IMG/VR virus record: IMGVR_UViG_3300021964_008614
Coordinates: 1 to 56,986 of that record
From: a virus
Lineage: Duplodnaviria > Caudoviricetes
Reading direction: 5' to 3' (one strand)
DNA: 56,986 nt
Shown: positions 23,901 through 33,390 of the stretch, piece by piece
How the letters are laid out: every line of letters starts with the position of its first letter
Numbering within the stretch: the stretch's first letter is position 1
Made by a program: the position numbers and the translations under genes
The notes under the pieces: generated by a model
The model's database searches: none
What the model saw: the letters and a program-made list of their open reading frames with translations, nothing else
What the model was told of the DNA's origin: nothing

Positions 23901-26900
23901 TTGTCCTATTTCAACTTGATTTAGATCTAAATCAAGAATATCATTGTAGTTTTTTACTTTATAATCAATATCTTCTTCAGCAACATATCCTGCGGTCTTA
24001 ATATAAGTGTCATTCTCATCAATATACTTTGTTGGAAATGGCTTGTGATCGTAGTTCGATGGTTTACTATAGACATCTACCGGAGTATATCTATAAACCA
24101 AATCTGTTGATTGAGGATTGATCGTTTGTACCAACTGGAATGGTTGCGGACTTAATCTAAATTTTGATTCGTCAATTTCGTATTCTACTTCTTCAAACGA
24201 TTCACTTGCTCCATACTGTCCTACTTTAAATGCCCAATCTTCAAAAAATTCTAAACTTGAATTTTCTGTATTTGAAAGTGCATCAAATAGTTTTTCTAAT
24301 GAATTTTTTGTACCTTTGTCTTGAATAAACCCTTGATAAAATTTATATTGTGAAACATCATCATTAATAATATTTTCTAAATATGTACGTTTTTGATATC
24401 CAATTAAATGTTGTGCAAGTCTTTGTTGTTCACTGTCGAAATTATCAGTATCTAAATCATAAAAGTCTGCAAATTGATTTGCTTTATAATCAAAATTAGG
24501 AATTAATCCCGCAGTAGGTTTTTGATTTAAAATATACCACTCATCTTCATTAAAAGTTGTTGTTCCTGTAATTTTTTGTTTTGCACTGTAGTATCTTGTT
24601 TTGTAATAAACTACATCTGCAATATCATAATCTGTATTTTGTGTCCAGTCCTTAACATTTACATCGTCAAGAGTAAATCCTGGAATATTTACGCTCCCGT
24701 TCCAATCAGTACTACGATATCCAAGTACTCTAACCCTTGCTTGTCTATATCCAGGTGCAGGATTATAAATTGTATCATTAAAGACAGTTTTGTTGTCAAG
24801 TAAACAAACATGCTCTTTTTGTACAAGTGGTAATTTAACAAAATAAATTCCGTCTGCTGTATTTTTTAATGTTAATCCAAATTCGTTTTGACTACTTCTA
24901 ATAGTGTTAGCAAAATCTTCTTGAAGTTTTTGTCCATCTGCTTTAAGCAGGGTGTAGTCGTAGAAGTTATCAAATAAATTATCAACAACTACGTAGTCTC
25001 TACTAAATTGTAAATTTATTGCACTTGGAGAAAGTGTTAATAATGCACCTTCATTCCAGTTTTGTGTAGTCCAGAATAAAAATTCTCTTGCACTTAGTTC
25101 CCAATTCTCAATTGTTTCTATAGCCTGGTTAAACTTTTCAAAATTAAATCCTTGCGATTCTAAATATTTTCCATACCCGAGCAAAAAGTCTACCACTTCT
25201 TGATACGTTCTAAACAATGTACCGTAGTTTAATTTAGATGTATCTTCTTCGAATGTTCTACGTAGTATAGCATCTTTGCCGCCTTCAATTGGTAATTCTA
25301 CAAGTTTTACAAAGTTATCTGTAGAAAATGTATCAAATGTACCACTAACTTTTACTCTAAAGAAACTATCACCGAATCTAACAATTTGATCTTTTTGGTA
25401 ACGCTGTCCTGCTTCCCATTCAAGAAATGACTCGCTAACGCCGCCTATATTAATAACAGGATCCTTTGCACGTTCTAAATGTTTATAATAATCAAAGTAA
25501 GGTTTAGATTTATCATAACCTCTTACTAAGAAACCTGCCGCACGTTTTTCAATTATAACTCCGCTATAAGTTACTGTGTCAACGGGTGAACTTGTGTTTA
25601 AAAATAGTTTATAATTTTCTTCAGGAATAAACACGTTGCCTTTATTGTTAGGTGTACGCGAATCTAATATTAGTCTAAATTTATCTTTTGTACTAAATCC
25701 TCCAACCTTAAATCCAAGTTGAATTTTTAAATTTTTTATTTCTTTACTATATTCTTCATTTAATTTAGTTACATCTGCATTGATATAATTAAAGATGTAA
25801 TTTACTATTCCAGCAGTAGTAATTCTTACAGAACTTTCTGATGTATTAGGAAAGATAAGACTATCTAATTTAATTCTTTTGTTATTTCCTGTGTATACTA
25901 TTTGACCTGCATTATTACGTTTAATACGAGAACGATCAAATCCTAATCCAATCACTTTAGCAGGCTGATGAATCATCCAAGCAGTTATATATGCAAAGGC
26001 ATATTCTGATGATCTACGCCATGCTGTCTCTGTTGGTGCTTCGTCACCGAATACAAAATTATTATTTGTTTGCGGAACAATTAATCCTTGAGCGTATCCT
26101 GATTCATAAGGACTTAGTAACACACCCTGTGAATTTACAGGAATATGTTTTAATAAATCTTTTCGTGCGTAATTAGGGCGGTATCTAACTGGATTTCCTG
26201 GTTCACGAACTCTACCTTCTTGCAAGTCTTCCCAAAGAATTAAGTTTTCTTTTGTATAAGGTGCTGGACCATAAACTGTTTCCCACCAGTCTGGTTGGTC
26301 AATGTAGCCTAATATTTTCCAAGGTGTAGTATGAGGACTGTCAGTTCCTAAGTACTGCTTGTAAATTGCTCTCCAAAACCCGGGTAATTTTTCATTATAC
26401 GGATCTACCATAAAACTGTAATTCCAAGTAAATGAATTATCTCTATCATAAAAACTTGTATCTGTATAATCAGGATCACCTGCAATAGATAACCATTCTG
26501 CAAAATCAGTTATGATTATGTCGTCTAAGTCTTTATTTGTAAATCCAGTATCGCGTGACTTATGCCCTACAAAACTATCTACATCAAAAATATCTTTGTC
26601 ATATGTGACTTTTATATTATTGTAAATTCTTTTTTCTAATTCCAGTATTAAATCATCCCTGTAATCGCCATATGCTTTAATAATACTTCCATCATGTCCT
26701 TTAATAACTTGTTGCGGAGTTTGATATGTGTTATCAGTATATTTTACAGGAATATGTAGTGGCCATAAACCTAATTTTGTAGGAGTTGGCGGAATATACG
26801 ATGCATCTGTTGACTCGTATTCGTAAATATCAATTATATCGTTAACTGTTAAAGTAATTTTATCAGTTATTTGAATAAAACCTTCGGTGGTAAAAATATA

Positions 26901-29858
26901 ATCTCTGTTATGTATCAATTGCTGATCATTTAGATAAACATAAACTGCTTTTGCAGAAACTGTTTTTAAATCAAATGGCTCAGTAAGACTATAAAATTTA
27001 TTTCCTATATCAACAACTGTAAATGAACGTTTGTTACTTGCTCCATTACCAATCATATCTGTCCAATAGAACGCTGTTTGCTTAGATTTTTCTGACTTCC
27101 ATTTTTGTAAGGTTTTATCAACAAGATATCTTGCTTCGCCATCAATGCCTAAATCTGTTGCTATCGAAATAAATGCTCTTTTAAACTTAGCATATTCTTT
27201 TCTTGCAAAGCGTAATGCTTTTACTGAATTATATTTCTTGTTGGTAATATGATATGATGCAAGAGAAATAGGACCACTATGCTGTACAAACTTTGTACCA
27301 AATTCTGATAGTTGACCTAAGTTACGTAGATTACTACTACCTGGATATTTTCCTTCAAATCCTGATACATTTTCAATAATAGTAGTTACATGATCAGCAA
27401 CTTCACCGTATGTAAAATCGTTTATATTTTCATTAAGCGGATTGTGTTCTAAGTTTATAGGAAATGCATAATGACCGTTGTTGTTTTTATCTGCCTCACT
27501 TGTACAATGTAAAATTATATTATCATTATTTGCAAGATTACTTGTAAATGTAATGTATGCTATTCCGTTTTCTCTGTTGATTTCCCAATCAGTTCTACGT
27601 TCATTGTTAACAAATACCTTAACATCAAGGTTGTTAAGATCGCCGCTTCTATCATAAACATCTACAGCAAAATTATTACGTTGTCCTGAAACAACATATT
27701 GTCTAATTACTTTTTGTTTACTATCTGCTATTGCTTTTTTCCAACCACTTACACTCTTATAAGAAGTTAAATCAGTATACTTTCTTAAAGTTGCAATATC
27801 GGTTTTTTGTGAAAAATTCACTTGGCCTTGAGTATATGTAAATTCTTCATTTAAAAGATTAAAGTTAAAAACGATATCGCCACTGTTTTCAATGTTTCTA
27901 TATGTTAGCGGAAAGCCTAAGACGCTGTCGTTTGCTCCCGAACCTTGTTTATAAGAAAATAGTTTATTACCAATAAACGAATTACTTGCATATGTTGAAA
28001 AAGAATTATCATCTGCATCATATAAATCAAACAATGGTGCTTGGTTGGCTGTAAGTTTATCTTGTGCTTTTTGCCATTTAGTACCATCATACCAATAAAT
28101 TTTACCTTGATTTGTTGTACCATTTCGAACAAGAACTGTTTCATTTGTTTGAGGCTCAGTATCTGTTTCTTCTTGCAGAGAAATTTGTCTTGTGCCAAGA
28201 TGATTAATAAAGTTGACTTTGTAAATTCTACCATTGACTCTGATATCAGGATCTGCTGTAAACAATACACGTTGTCCGTCAATTAAATCTACACCGTCAA
28301 TATTATAACCTATTGATCCTTCAATAATTGAAAATACATCAATTGTTTTGTCGTCAATTAGATCTACATTAGATTTAAATTTTGATCCATAATTATATAA
28401 TCTTAATCCTGCATCAAATTCTATAATAGGTCTTTTTGCACGTTGGCTCTGATCAAACTCTGTAGGTGTTCCGTTTGCCTTTGCAACTTTTTCAATAACG
28501 TCTCTATGAAACCACCTGTTGTGTCTGGACCATTGATTACCGTCAATCGCCGCACGGTTGATTGTAATATAATCTTGTTCTTTTGGATAATTTAATGCTT
28601 GTCCGAATGGTAGTTTATCAAAGTTTTCAGTATCAAAAGGTATAAACAGATTAGAACTATATGCTCCAGTGATTTCTAAATCTGCTTTACTAATAAGTTT
28701 AATACTGTCACCAACTCCTTCTACATACCAAGTGCCTTCTCCATATTTTGCAGGAGTAACATCTCCAAGAAATTCAACAAGCATACCATTTGATAAGTCG
28801 GTGTCGGTTCTTGTTGTGTAAGTTTTCTTTTGTAGTATTTCTTCTTCTACATTAATTTCAGTATTTTCTAAGATGTTATACATTAATATAGTACCACTTG
28901 TATTAACATCATTTTTACTAATGTAAAATAATCTGTCTGGTGCGTTTAACGGCACTGTAAATTTTAGTGTTCCCTTCTCTACAAATACTGTTGCGGATTC
29001 AACTCCGTCTGTATATAATGTAGATATGTTATCGCCTTCTGTGAATCCTTCGATACCACCTTCCACAGGTTCTACTATGTATTCACCAGTGTCGTATCCA
29101 TCGCTGTCAAAAAGTTCTGACTCAAACTTACCAGGAGCCAACACCCCTTCTACTGTTTCAGTAATAATTGCTTGACCAGGGGTAAAGGCTCTGTTTGTTG
29201 CGAATGCAATAGGATGTCCCGGACAATCAATTTCAAATATGTAAGTTTGACCTTTGTATAGTTTTAAAGTAGGATTTTGTGTTAAACCTGTTGGCGTAAA
29301 CTTGTAGGCTACGTTGTCATCATTTTCCTCCAATGATACTTTAAATGTTGAAACTATCTCTTTAGATTGTCCAAAAATAGATAATATTTGGGGACCAGAA
29401 GGTAACCAATAGTATTCTCTAAAATTAACAAACTTGTCCCAATCAATATGCGGATTCCATGCATAGTATTCTTGTGCATTAATTTTGCTATGATCTTTGT
29501 TTGTATTTCCAAATGAACGTAATTGATTAATATAATCATTATAGTCTTTATAATATGTTACGTTGTCTATATCATCTTTAAGGACCAATGCTGGTTCTAA
29601 TTGATAATCTTCTCTTGTCTTAGTTACATCGCCGACATAATTATCATCGGCGGCATACGCTTTAGCATCTTTTCTGCCGTAATATGCATTAAGTTTTTCA
29701 ACCACACCTGGTTGAATAAGTTGATCAAGCGTACTTGTTAAAAACTTTTTGTTTGCCGGTGTTCTAAAATAACGAGGTAGATGACTTAGGCTGGTTCTTT
29801 TTTCATTTTCACCATCTGGATTAATCGGAAACTCGTTTTGATCATTGTCATAAGCCAT
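14979..29858 (-). CDS. Giant (4959 aa) virion structural protein, probable baseplate wedge/adhesin
   Basis: Uninterrupted 14.9-kb ORF immediately downstream of the gp6-like gene. It contains FG-GAP-like propeller repeats, GxGY repeats and repeated G(D/N)G...F beta-sandwich units. Confidence 0.75.
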   Translation of the reverse strand: MAYDNDQNEFPINPDGENEKRTSLSHLPRYFRTPANKKFLTSTLDQLIQPGVVEKLNAYYGRKDAKAYAADDNYVGDVTKTREDYQLEPALVLKDDIDNVTYYKDYNDYINQLRSFGNTNKDHSKINAQEYYAWNPHIDWDKFVNFREYYWLPSGPQILSIFGQSKEIVSTFKVSLEENDDNVAYKFTPTGLTQNPTLKLYKGQTYIFEIDCPGHPIAFATNRAFTPGQAIITETVEGVLAPGKFESELFDSDGYDTGEYIVEPVEGGIEGFTEGDNISTLYTDGVESATVFVEKGTLKFTVPLNAPDRLFYISKNDVNTSGTILMYNILENTEINVEEEILQKKTYTTRTDTDLSNGMLVEFLGDVTPAKYGEGTWYVEGVGDSIKLISKADLEITGAYSSNLFIPFDTENFDKLPFGQALNYPKEQDYITINRAAIDGNQWSRHNRWFHRDVIEKVAKANGTPTEFDQSQRAKRPIIEFDAGLRLYNYGSKFKSNVDLIDDKTIDVFSIIEGSIGYNIDGVDLIDGQRVLFTADPDIRVNGRIYKVNFINHLGTRQISLQEETDTEPQTNETVLVRNGTTNQGKIYWYDGTKWQKAQDKLTANQAPLFDLYDADDNSFSTYASNSFIGNKLFSYKQGSGANDSVLGFPLTYRNIENSGDIVFNFNLLNEEFTYTQGQVNFSQKTDIATLRKYTDLTSYKSVSGWKKAIADSKQKVIRQYVVSGQRNNFAVDVYDRSGDLNNLDVKVFVNNERRTDWEINRENGIAYITFTSNLANNDNIILHCTSEADKNNNGHYAFPINLEHNPLNENINDFTYGEVADHVTTIIENVSGFEGKYPGSSNLRNLGQLSEFGTKFVQHSGPISLASYHITNKKYNSVKALRFARKEYAKFKRAFISIATDLGIDGEARYLVDKTLQKWKSEKSKQTAFYWTDMIGNGASNKRSFTVVDIGNKFYSLTEPFDLKTVSAKAVYVYLNDQQLIHNRDYIFTTEGFIQITDKITLTVNDIIDIYEYESTDASYIPPTPTKLGLWPLHIPVKYTDNTYQTPQQVIKGHDGSIIKAYGDYRDDLILELEKRIYNNIKVTYDKDIFDVDSFVGHKSRDTGFTNKDLDDIIITDFAEWLSIAGDPDYTDTSFYDRDNSFTWNYSFMVDPYNEKLPGFWRAIYKQYLGTDSPHTTPWKILGYIDQPDWWETVYGPAPYTKENLILWEDLQEGRVREPGNPVRYRPNYARKDLLKHIPVNSQGVLLSPYESGYAQGLIVPQTNNNFVFGDEAPTETAWRRSSEYAFAYITAWMIHQPAKVIGLGFDRSRIKRNNAGQIVYTGNNKRIKLDSLIFPNTSESSVRITTAGIVNYIFNYINADVTKLNEEYSKEIKNLKIQLGFKVGGFSTKDKFRLILDSRTPNNKGNVFIPEENYKLFLNTSSPVDTVTYSGVIIEKRAAGFLVRGYDKSKPYFDYYKHLERAKDPVINIGGVSESFLEWEAGQRYQKDQIVRFGDSFFRVKVSGTFDTFSTDNFVKLVELPIEGGKDAILRRTFEEDTSKLNYGTLFRTYQEVVDFLLGYGKYLESQGFNFEKFNQAIETIENWELSAREFLFWTTQNWNEGALLTLSPSAINLQFSRDYVVVDNLFDNFYDYTLLKADGQKLQEDFANTIRSSQNEFGLTLKNTADGIYFVKLPLVQKEHVCLLDNKTVFNDTIYNPAPGYRQARVRVLGYRSTDWNGSVNIPGFTLDDVNVKDWTQNTDYDIADVVYYKTRYYSAKQKITGTTTFNEDEWYILNQKPTAGLIPNFDYKANQFADFYDLDTDNFDSEQQRLAQHLIGYQKRTYLENIINDDVSQYKFYQGFIQDKGTKNSLEKLFDALSNTENSSLEFFEDWAFKVGQYGASESFEEVEYEIDESKFRLSPQPFQLVQTINPQSTDLVYRYTPVDVYSKPSNYDHKPFPTKYIDENDTYIKTAGYVAEEDIDYKVKNYNDILDLDLNQVEIGQYIWVAQKGQTWDVLRQTETEMKVTDIVNSDSSKSIEIKTRKAPTVDKDDIIGILGVGEKQNRFYKVLRVSLNVIYAETTGEVEDATEVDGFILKLVSSRVQTLTDVNEKITRDNYSTQERVWVDYDENNRWTVVENTNAHRLEQTIYNSTVEGLLGTDQRAFGTSISSNANNTTVAVGSPSSTVNGRVDVHFRPGENIRLVLAQTIDCPINFLDGENSFGRATALSSDAKWLFVGLPYASNVKTKYKGQFNSGQVYQKDEIVKYTNQYWKAKNIIEPTDPSLDFQSFSSHIRHLIGTYDAETQQYDNIYYILRGNFLFQEETTDHVLIRAPRLAYVATTPGDSLQLFWNDINTRYPSGVQPFNGDPTLNKQFFDGNHTITEKIDDILLVDNTQAIPSVNDVISSSTAVGVVAFRYTTGDNRTLIYIKDANGDFESTGNLFVGDISIGAYERAVEQDDEALGGWWKIDVGGTFQSTATIETKPYLVIQDVIQAGVSRTPNYYENVLRITDPQTSPTITSYIETLTYTGDNGDEIADKWVFRAPRSLDNNLAVGETFNFFFNEYRNTDGILQDPSVISSVITHDYLNNTEHTINDLWDGWIEINLTNFDDRGSPTPGDPDYNPNYGNPFVPIVGDTIQDNDTLATAEVTYVEKTFNDLRVWVKNVTGTWKLGNINGAISSASIVGGSQGQGVLRLIGTTDTVNLQSTTAGFIVVVDRGVNLPRGTSRTLQGFEYWVYKSILLDGIARDANPPAKTNNDWQRVYNIPADTNGTSSGLQRQGAYAVYQRNASNFYTLENIYVTPDVEADRYLGSEIKIVSHTNNTYSAYILSKGNGTFDQPGRINILNWTASGGWKLGADDNYRGDFQVNVSYFEGEYVKINNQVYQAKTNLIAGTFNVNDWEQILTGVDLNGFLPNNTGFITGTDSAIETENLYEFGTQFDVSFTGDVLATIVKYGDTVDSSIATRKLVIYRKSLLGHYVFDQMIDSPLADINYGESVAVSTDGKFIAVGAPNYSAKYSNEGTVFIYEQVDGRFTQVQHLTGPKGLPNEKFGTVVKYDNDRIVVHSAGGDLFSNTNFDTGTTVFDNGTTYFTSTLVDTGEVFVFELLGNRYVYSDKLEFADRKTLYFGKTMLLKGNHIYVCLPQYKRDSNNAQGALLDYRVKLNSKLWERKRNARPLVDVEKIKGITIYNKDTKTVEEYLDYIDPLQGKIAGQAEVELSFKTSFDPATYNNAETTLVNKDTTHFTAKEMVGKLWWDTDAVRFINPYSNTGNIFNVSNTMNTIFPGTEVEVYEWVESKISPEVWDNQADSEEGLALGISGTTKYGMNAYCTKRIYDEPAQKFTTYYYFWVRNKKTVPDVPGRTISSSDVQELIRDPSAQGYKYISLLSNNEWTAHNLESTIKGLSTVLKFSYWTIGNIEKNIHNQYRIITDGLETSVPKSDFERKWYDSLIGYDEQGREVPDRFLGEKERYGILNTPRQTMFVNRVEALKQLVERVNSVLIKNIIIDDFDLSDLTSNDPIPTVASRRYDVQIDSNAELEFVAVGRVRRATLSATIQDGKILRVDITNPGRGYKTVPTIKINSATGEGAEVRLEINNVGAVTSASIVNSGTNYQQSDTITVRNFTVLTTVDASFANKWSLYEYQGGINPWNRVASQRYDVQPYWNYADWYTTGYNNLTKADYIIDETYELESLADTFGDIVKINSVGSGGWLLLRKIDDQANVDYTVNYETIGRQNATIQLSKSIYDYSNETVGFDSFGYDDNAFDLQPVDELRIILETLRDKILIDNLAVHYNELFFAQMRYVLAEQPFVDWMFKTSFVKAKHNIGALRKDVTFNNDFLESYEAYTNEVKPYKTKIREYLSTYEGTDNSQTMVTDFDLPAVYDEQAGRILPQNVVVQNNELKVASNVINSYPFKHWLDNASYQITGINIADAGSGYENAPGVEFVGGGGTGAKATAYVGGGKITEIKIDNPGTGYLGAPSVVLNGSTADGGRVAKVSSVIGNTNLRTTHMNVKFDRVTGTFFITTLDEIENFVGSGSKFTYKLKWPADVRTDKIKITVGDLEILPSRYTIENIEDSVGRTHKRKIAQITFDTPPANNLNIKIEYKKDISLLTAADRINLFYNPQTGMIANDLGQLLDGIDYGGVQVKSFNFGGGSGWDADEWFTSAYDTYDNTYEDEVFRLGDDSTKVYDFAQPLETGITYNVYKNGTRIDDPNYPSNPTNPDALIPSIIGAGQTGFILTDDGTEVESTVIKFDEEVVSTQSGDVIVIRKNTSDGSFIPDPRAYDTIVTGGDLAYSTATGLNPEDINIDGDGFVTPTTSKGPEELVPGQVLDTLDIKVYDRVGEGGSIIESVSYVANGTATTYKFTGLPQTNDAIFVKVNNVIVSDYTVNYKNKELTFTTAPANNSRINIVTMSGNGEGILDMDTFDGDGSTLQFVTQVDWKENLSSIVTVNGEKVNYILETTDSSYDTANKTVISFGAPPTDNAVINYAIYASEAQTFSEIKTDNLVADGSSASYELSITPFSSLPASHNLIVKVGDNILNAGYNEKFTIDNRIEYQLRNWQQPGGTLGADDIIVLLNGRQLTYTSDFIFRPANSSVEIFENVAQQGDKLEIFVTTDGEYTVSGNTLTLDTVPTENTLISVTHFSNHDIQQIDRKNYDIVTRTTVQFESAGDIEYNHLLAGLIRLQRPTIDAEYVWVILNGKLQTPSVDYKVTNDKLFVRMAQPLDANDVIELIQFAEDGPTVSKFGYRQFKDMLNRTVYKRLGDSNSYRLAKDLKIFDKEIIVDDASKMFVPEKESNTPGVLFINGERIEYFVKDGNSLQQLRRGTMGTGVKEIHNVGDQLFDQGFQQTVPYQDQTLVNTYNGDGCTKTFNLDWEPDSVNEFEVFVGGRRLRKTAILTFDPTVDQDSPEGDVTAPAEFSISSPNILTITTAPADGVRITIVRKIGKIWNEPGKTLGKTENAIAQFLRAEEVDLPK

Positions 29859-32800
29859 TAGTAACTGCTTCCTCCGCCGTTTGATCCGCTTGAACTACTT
29901 GATACACTTAATGCACTTGATGTTATGCCTGCATTTGGTGTTGATGCTGTTGTTACTACCGCACCCGATGCTTTTAATCTCGATGCTGTTACACTATCAA
30001 TAATTTCTATGTCGTCAACTGTTGCACTTGAAATAAAGATTTCATCACTTTCAGTTGTAATTTCGTATAAACTTCCAAAAACTTTTTCCGTTTGTGTTGG
30101 CACTAATACTATTGTGTTAATATCTGGTGCTAAACTGTTCATAATAAATGTCGCTAATTCTGTAAAACTAAACTTGTCGCCAAAGTCCCAAAACTCTAAA
30201 CTAAAGAATGCATTAATTGCTGTAACAATACGCAATTTAATATCATTATCATTTGTTACTTGTTCATTATTTTTTACAACCTTAAAGATTGCTTGTAAGT
30301 CTGGATCTGCTTTTTGTCCAAATAGAATTTTATATTTTACTGGATGATAAATTACTTCATCACTGATTGATTTTATTTTATTAATACTTGCACCAAAGTT
30401 CTGAAATAATTGGTCTGAACTTGGTGGTAATGGTTTATTCTCAGTTGCACCTGACAAGTATTCCCTAAAACTTCTATCATATGTAGATGTTAACAAATAT
30501 GTATCAATTATATTTGTACTACTTGGATCTAATCTATTATTTTCGTCTGCACTGTGTACGTATTGAAATTTAATTTTATCTCTTCCTTTATATGCTTTAT
30601 AATTTGTAATCAAAGAAAGCATTCCAGTAGTTTTATTGTATTGTTTAAAAATATTAGGATTAGTAAAGTAAAAAATTGTGCCGTCATCAAATGTAGATAA
30701 TGCTCCTGTAGATGCTTCGAATTCAAATACTTTAATATTTTCTACTTGCGGATCAACGTAATTAAAGTTAGTTGATTGGTTGTTTGTTATTTCTTCTTTT
30801 ACAAAAACCCATTTTGTCAAAGGATCAGTATCTGGTTCTACAAAGTTTAAGAAAGAGTCGGGATTATCAATCACTCCGTCGCTATCACTATCAAAGAAAC
30901 TTACTTCAACTTTTTTACTGTTTACATATCCCTCTTCATCTCTATATTCTTTTGTAATTTGCCAAGGGTAATCAATAGTAAATGCATCAGTTGATCCTGG
31001 CTGTCTATTAATAGATAGTAAATTAATTTTATCTGTTATAATTTTGCCTGTTCTACTATCATAAATTTGATCTGTTTCATCAAAATAAAATCTAACTTCT
31101 TTGTCACTTTCAAAAATATACCTTACACCTCTATATGTAATTGTATATTTTTCTCCATCAGTTTCAAATAACAATAACCAACTCGAGTCTAAATTTTGAT
31201 TAGAACTGTCTCCTGATCTTCCTGTGTTAAACGCATTACCGATACTTAAATTGCTATTAAGAATAAGTCTCCATTCTCTATCAACAAGACTATAACGTAA
31301 TCCAAATGTTTTAAAAGCAAAAATTTGATCAATCATTTGTGATATTACATCCGATGTTAATGACGTTGCAAACTTAGGTTTGATTTCGTTTAACCTTGCA
31401 CCGGTCGGAATAACATCATTAAAGACTATAGGTCCTTGACCATCTTCATAATTTTCTGTTCCGTCGCCGTTTACTTGAACAACTTTTGTCCAAAGGAATT
31501 TTGTTGCACCTGGATGATCTGCTTCACCAGTCATTAGTTTATTAAGATCGTTAGTCATAAAATGTTGACCTGCTGGGGCAATAAATTTAACCAGTGCTCC
31601 GGGTTCCAAATATCTTAAAGCACTACCAGTAAATGTTCCTGTTGTTAATGTAATATCAAGTGCATCTTTAAGGAAACCACTCGAATTATTAGTTTGTCTT
31701 GCTATCTGTGTCCAAGTTGCGTCTAAGTCATTTGTAGATGTTTTTGGAAATTCACTAAGATAAAAATTTCTAAGTAAAATATTTCTTAATATAGGTTGTA
31801 CAACGTTTTCTACACGACCTTCAACATCGGTTCTTGTAACAAAACTAAAGTTAACTTTTTTATCAAACACTTCTCTATAAAGTGCACCGTCATCACCATA
31901 AATGTTAGTACTTGAATATTTTCCAGTTGAATCAATTAGATCAAAGTATCTGCTAATACCACTTGATGTTCTGTTAATACTTTTACTTTTAATAATTTCT
32001 TGACTAACAGTTCTTGGTGCTACTTGGTAATCTTCACCGGTAATCATTCTATTCTGTGTATAGAATGTTGAAGGAGCATTTTCTTTTATGCTTTGACTTG
32101 TTTCTGTACTACTTGCATTATCAACTGTGTATCTTAAAGAAGCAACAATCGTAATATTTTCGTTAGTACCAGATCTGCTTCTATATGGAACACTGATTGT
32201 GATGTTTGTTAATTCTTCAGGTTGGATAGCATAATTTCTACCTATAGATTTTCTATAGTAAACTCTAAATTTACCTTTAGGTAAATTACCAAATGTACCA
32301 TCAGCAAAAAGTAAACTTATTCTGTCTTCAATTCTTGTTAATACTGTATAGATATCTCTTTGGTCTTTACTAAGACTATTGTAAATTACATTATTGCCTT
32401 CCACGGCATCTACTTTAGTCCATTGACTTGATTCATTACCATTTGAGTCAAGTTTGTATAACCAAACATCTGAGTTGTTAATATTAGTTGCATCAATTGC
32501 AACAGTTTGATTTGTTGTTGGACTATCTACAGTAAATACTCCATTGTCTAAAACACCTTGTCTAAAATGTAGAAAGTATCCTGTGTTACTACTTCCAGCA
32601 CCTTTGCCGTCTTCTCTATATAAAAATGCTAAACTGTTTCCAGGTAAAGGTGTTTCTTCGAAAATTTTGTCTTTAGTAATACTGGCACTTGTTACTTCAA
32701 ACACCATATTCTTTTCGCCTACGTTTTTATTAAAACTATAAATTGGTAAGTTTGTGTTTGTTGCATTATAACGATACTGCTCAGTAGTAATACCGTTGAT

Positions 32801-33334
32801 TGTTTCTTTTTTAATAGGTCGACCAATAATAGAATTTTCTGGTAATGCAGAATTAAGCACTTTTCTAAATTGTTCTGACCAATCAGGGTTAGAAGGATCA
32901 TTCCAAATAATAGTTTGGTTAGAAAGATTTACTCCGTTACTGTCAACAATTTCTTCCGAAGTCTGCACACTTTCAAACTTTAATAACCCGTTAGCACATT
33001 GATTACGTTTTGGATTATAAGAAAGTAAACGTGCTAACCGTAGTACGCTTTCCCTACGCTCTGCTAATTCTAAATAATTTTCACGTGCATTTAAATCTAC
33101 TCTAAATGCTAAATTCTGTCCAAGGTAAGCAATCAAGTCAATCAAAGCAAGATATTCACTTGATTCAATATAATCGTTAAAGTCTTCTGGATAGTTTTGA
33201 CGCAGATAGTTGATCATTGTACGGCGTAGACTATCAAAGTCATACGACTTAAAGTCTGCGTTTTTAAATGTTTGATATACTCTCTTCCAGTCTTCTGCAA
33301 GTAGTAATCTATTCTGTCTATCTGTTGTTGACAT
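29858..33334 (-). CDS. Baseplate wedge subunit, T4 gp6-like
   Basis: DFDSLR..MINYLR...FNDY..SS...LIDLIAY...ENYLELAERRESVLRLARLLSYNP, FADGTFG and QNRMITGEDY. Confidence 0.85.
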   Translation of the reverse strand: MSTTDRQNRLLLAEDWKRVYQTFKNADFKSYDFDSLRRTMINYLRQNYPEDFNDYIESSEYLALIDLIAYLGQNLAFRVDLNARENYLELAERRESVLRLARLLSYNPKRNQCANGLLKFESVQTSEEIVDSNGVNLSNQTIIWNDPSNPDWSEQFRKVLNSALPENSIIGRPIKKETINGITTEQYRYNATNTNLPIYSFNKNVGEKNMVFEVTSASITKDKIFEETPLPGNSLAFLYREDGKGAGSSNTGYFLHFRQGVLDNGVFTVDSPTTNQTVAIDATNINNSDVWLYKLDSNGNESSQWTKVDAVEGNNVIYNSLSKDQRDIYTVLTRIEDRISLLFADGTFGNLPKGKFRVYYRKSIGRNYAIQPEELTNITISVPYRSRSGTNENITIVASLRYTVDNASSTETSQSIKENAPSTFYTQNRMITGEDYQVAPRTVSQEIIKSKSINRTSSGISRYFDLIDSTGKYSSTNIYGDDGALYREVFDKKVNFSFVTRTDVEGRVENVVQPILRNILLRNFYLSEFPKTSTNDLDATWTQIARQTNNSSGFLKDALDITLTTGTFTGSALRYLEPGALVKFIAPAGQHFMTNDLNKLMTGEADHPGATKFLWTKVVQVNGDGTENYEDGQGPIVFNDVIPTGARLNEIKPKFATSLTSDVISQMIDQIFAFKTFGLRYSLVDREWRLILNSNLSIGNAFNTGRSGDSSNQNLDSSWLLLFETDGEKYTITYRGVRYIFESDKEVRFYFDETDQIYDSRTGKIITDKINLLSINRQPGSTDAFTIDYPWQITKEYRDEEGYVNSKKVEVSFFDSDSDGVIDNPDSFLNFVEPDTDPLTKWVFVKEEITNNQSTNFNYVDPQVENIKVFEFEASTGALSTFDDGTIFYFTNPNIFKQYNKTTGMLSLITNYKAYKGRDKIKFQYVHSADENNRLDPSSTNIIDTYLLTSTYDRSFREYLSGATENKPLPPSSDQLFQNFGASINKIKSISDEVIYHPVKYKILFGQKADPDLQAIFKVVKNNEQVTNDNDIKLRIVTAINAFFSLEFWDFGDKFSFTELATFIMNSLAPDINTIVLVPTQTEKVFGSLYEITTESDEIFISSATVDDIEIIDSVTASRLKASGAVVTTASTPNAGITSSALSVSSSSSGSNGGGSSY

Positions 33335-33354
33335 TCCTATTCCTTGTTATAAAG

Positions 33355-33362
33355 TATTTATT
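33355..33362 (-). promoter_or_regulatory. T4-type late promoter (AATAAATA)
   Basis: Intergenic, upstream of the gp6-like gene. Confidence 0.65.
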
Positions 33363-33390
33363 TGTTTGAGATAACCGAGTACTTAAATCT

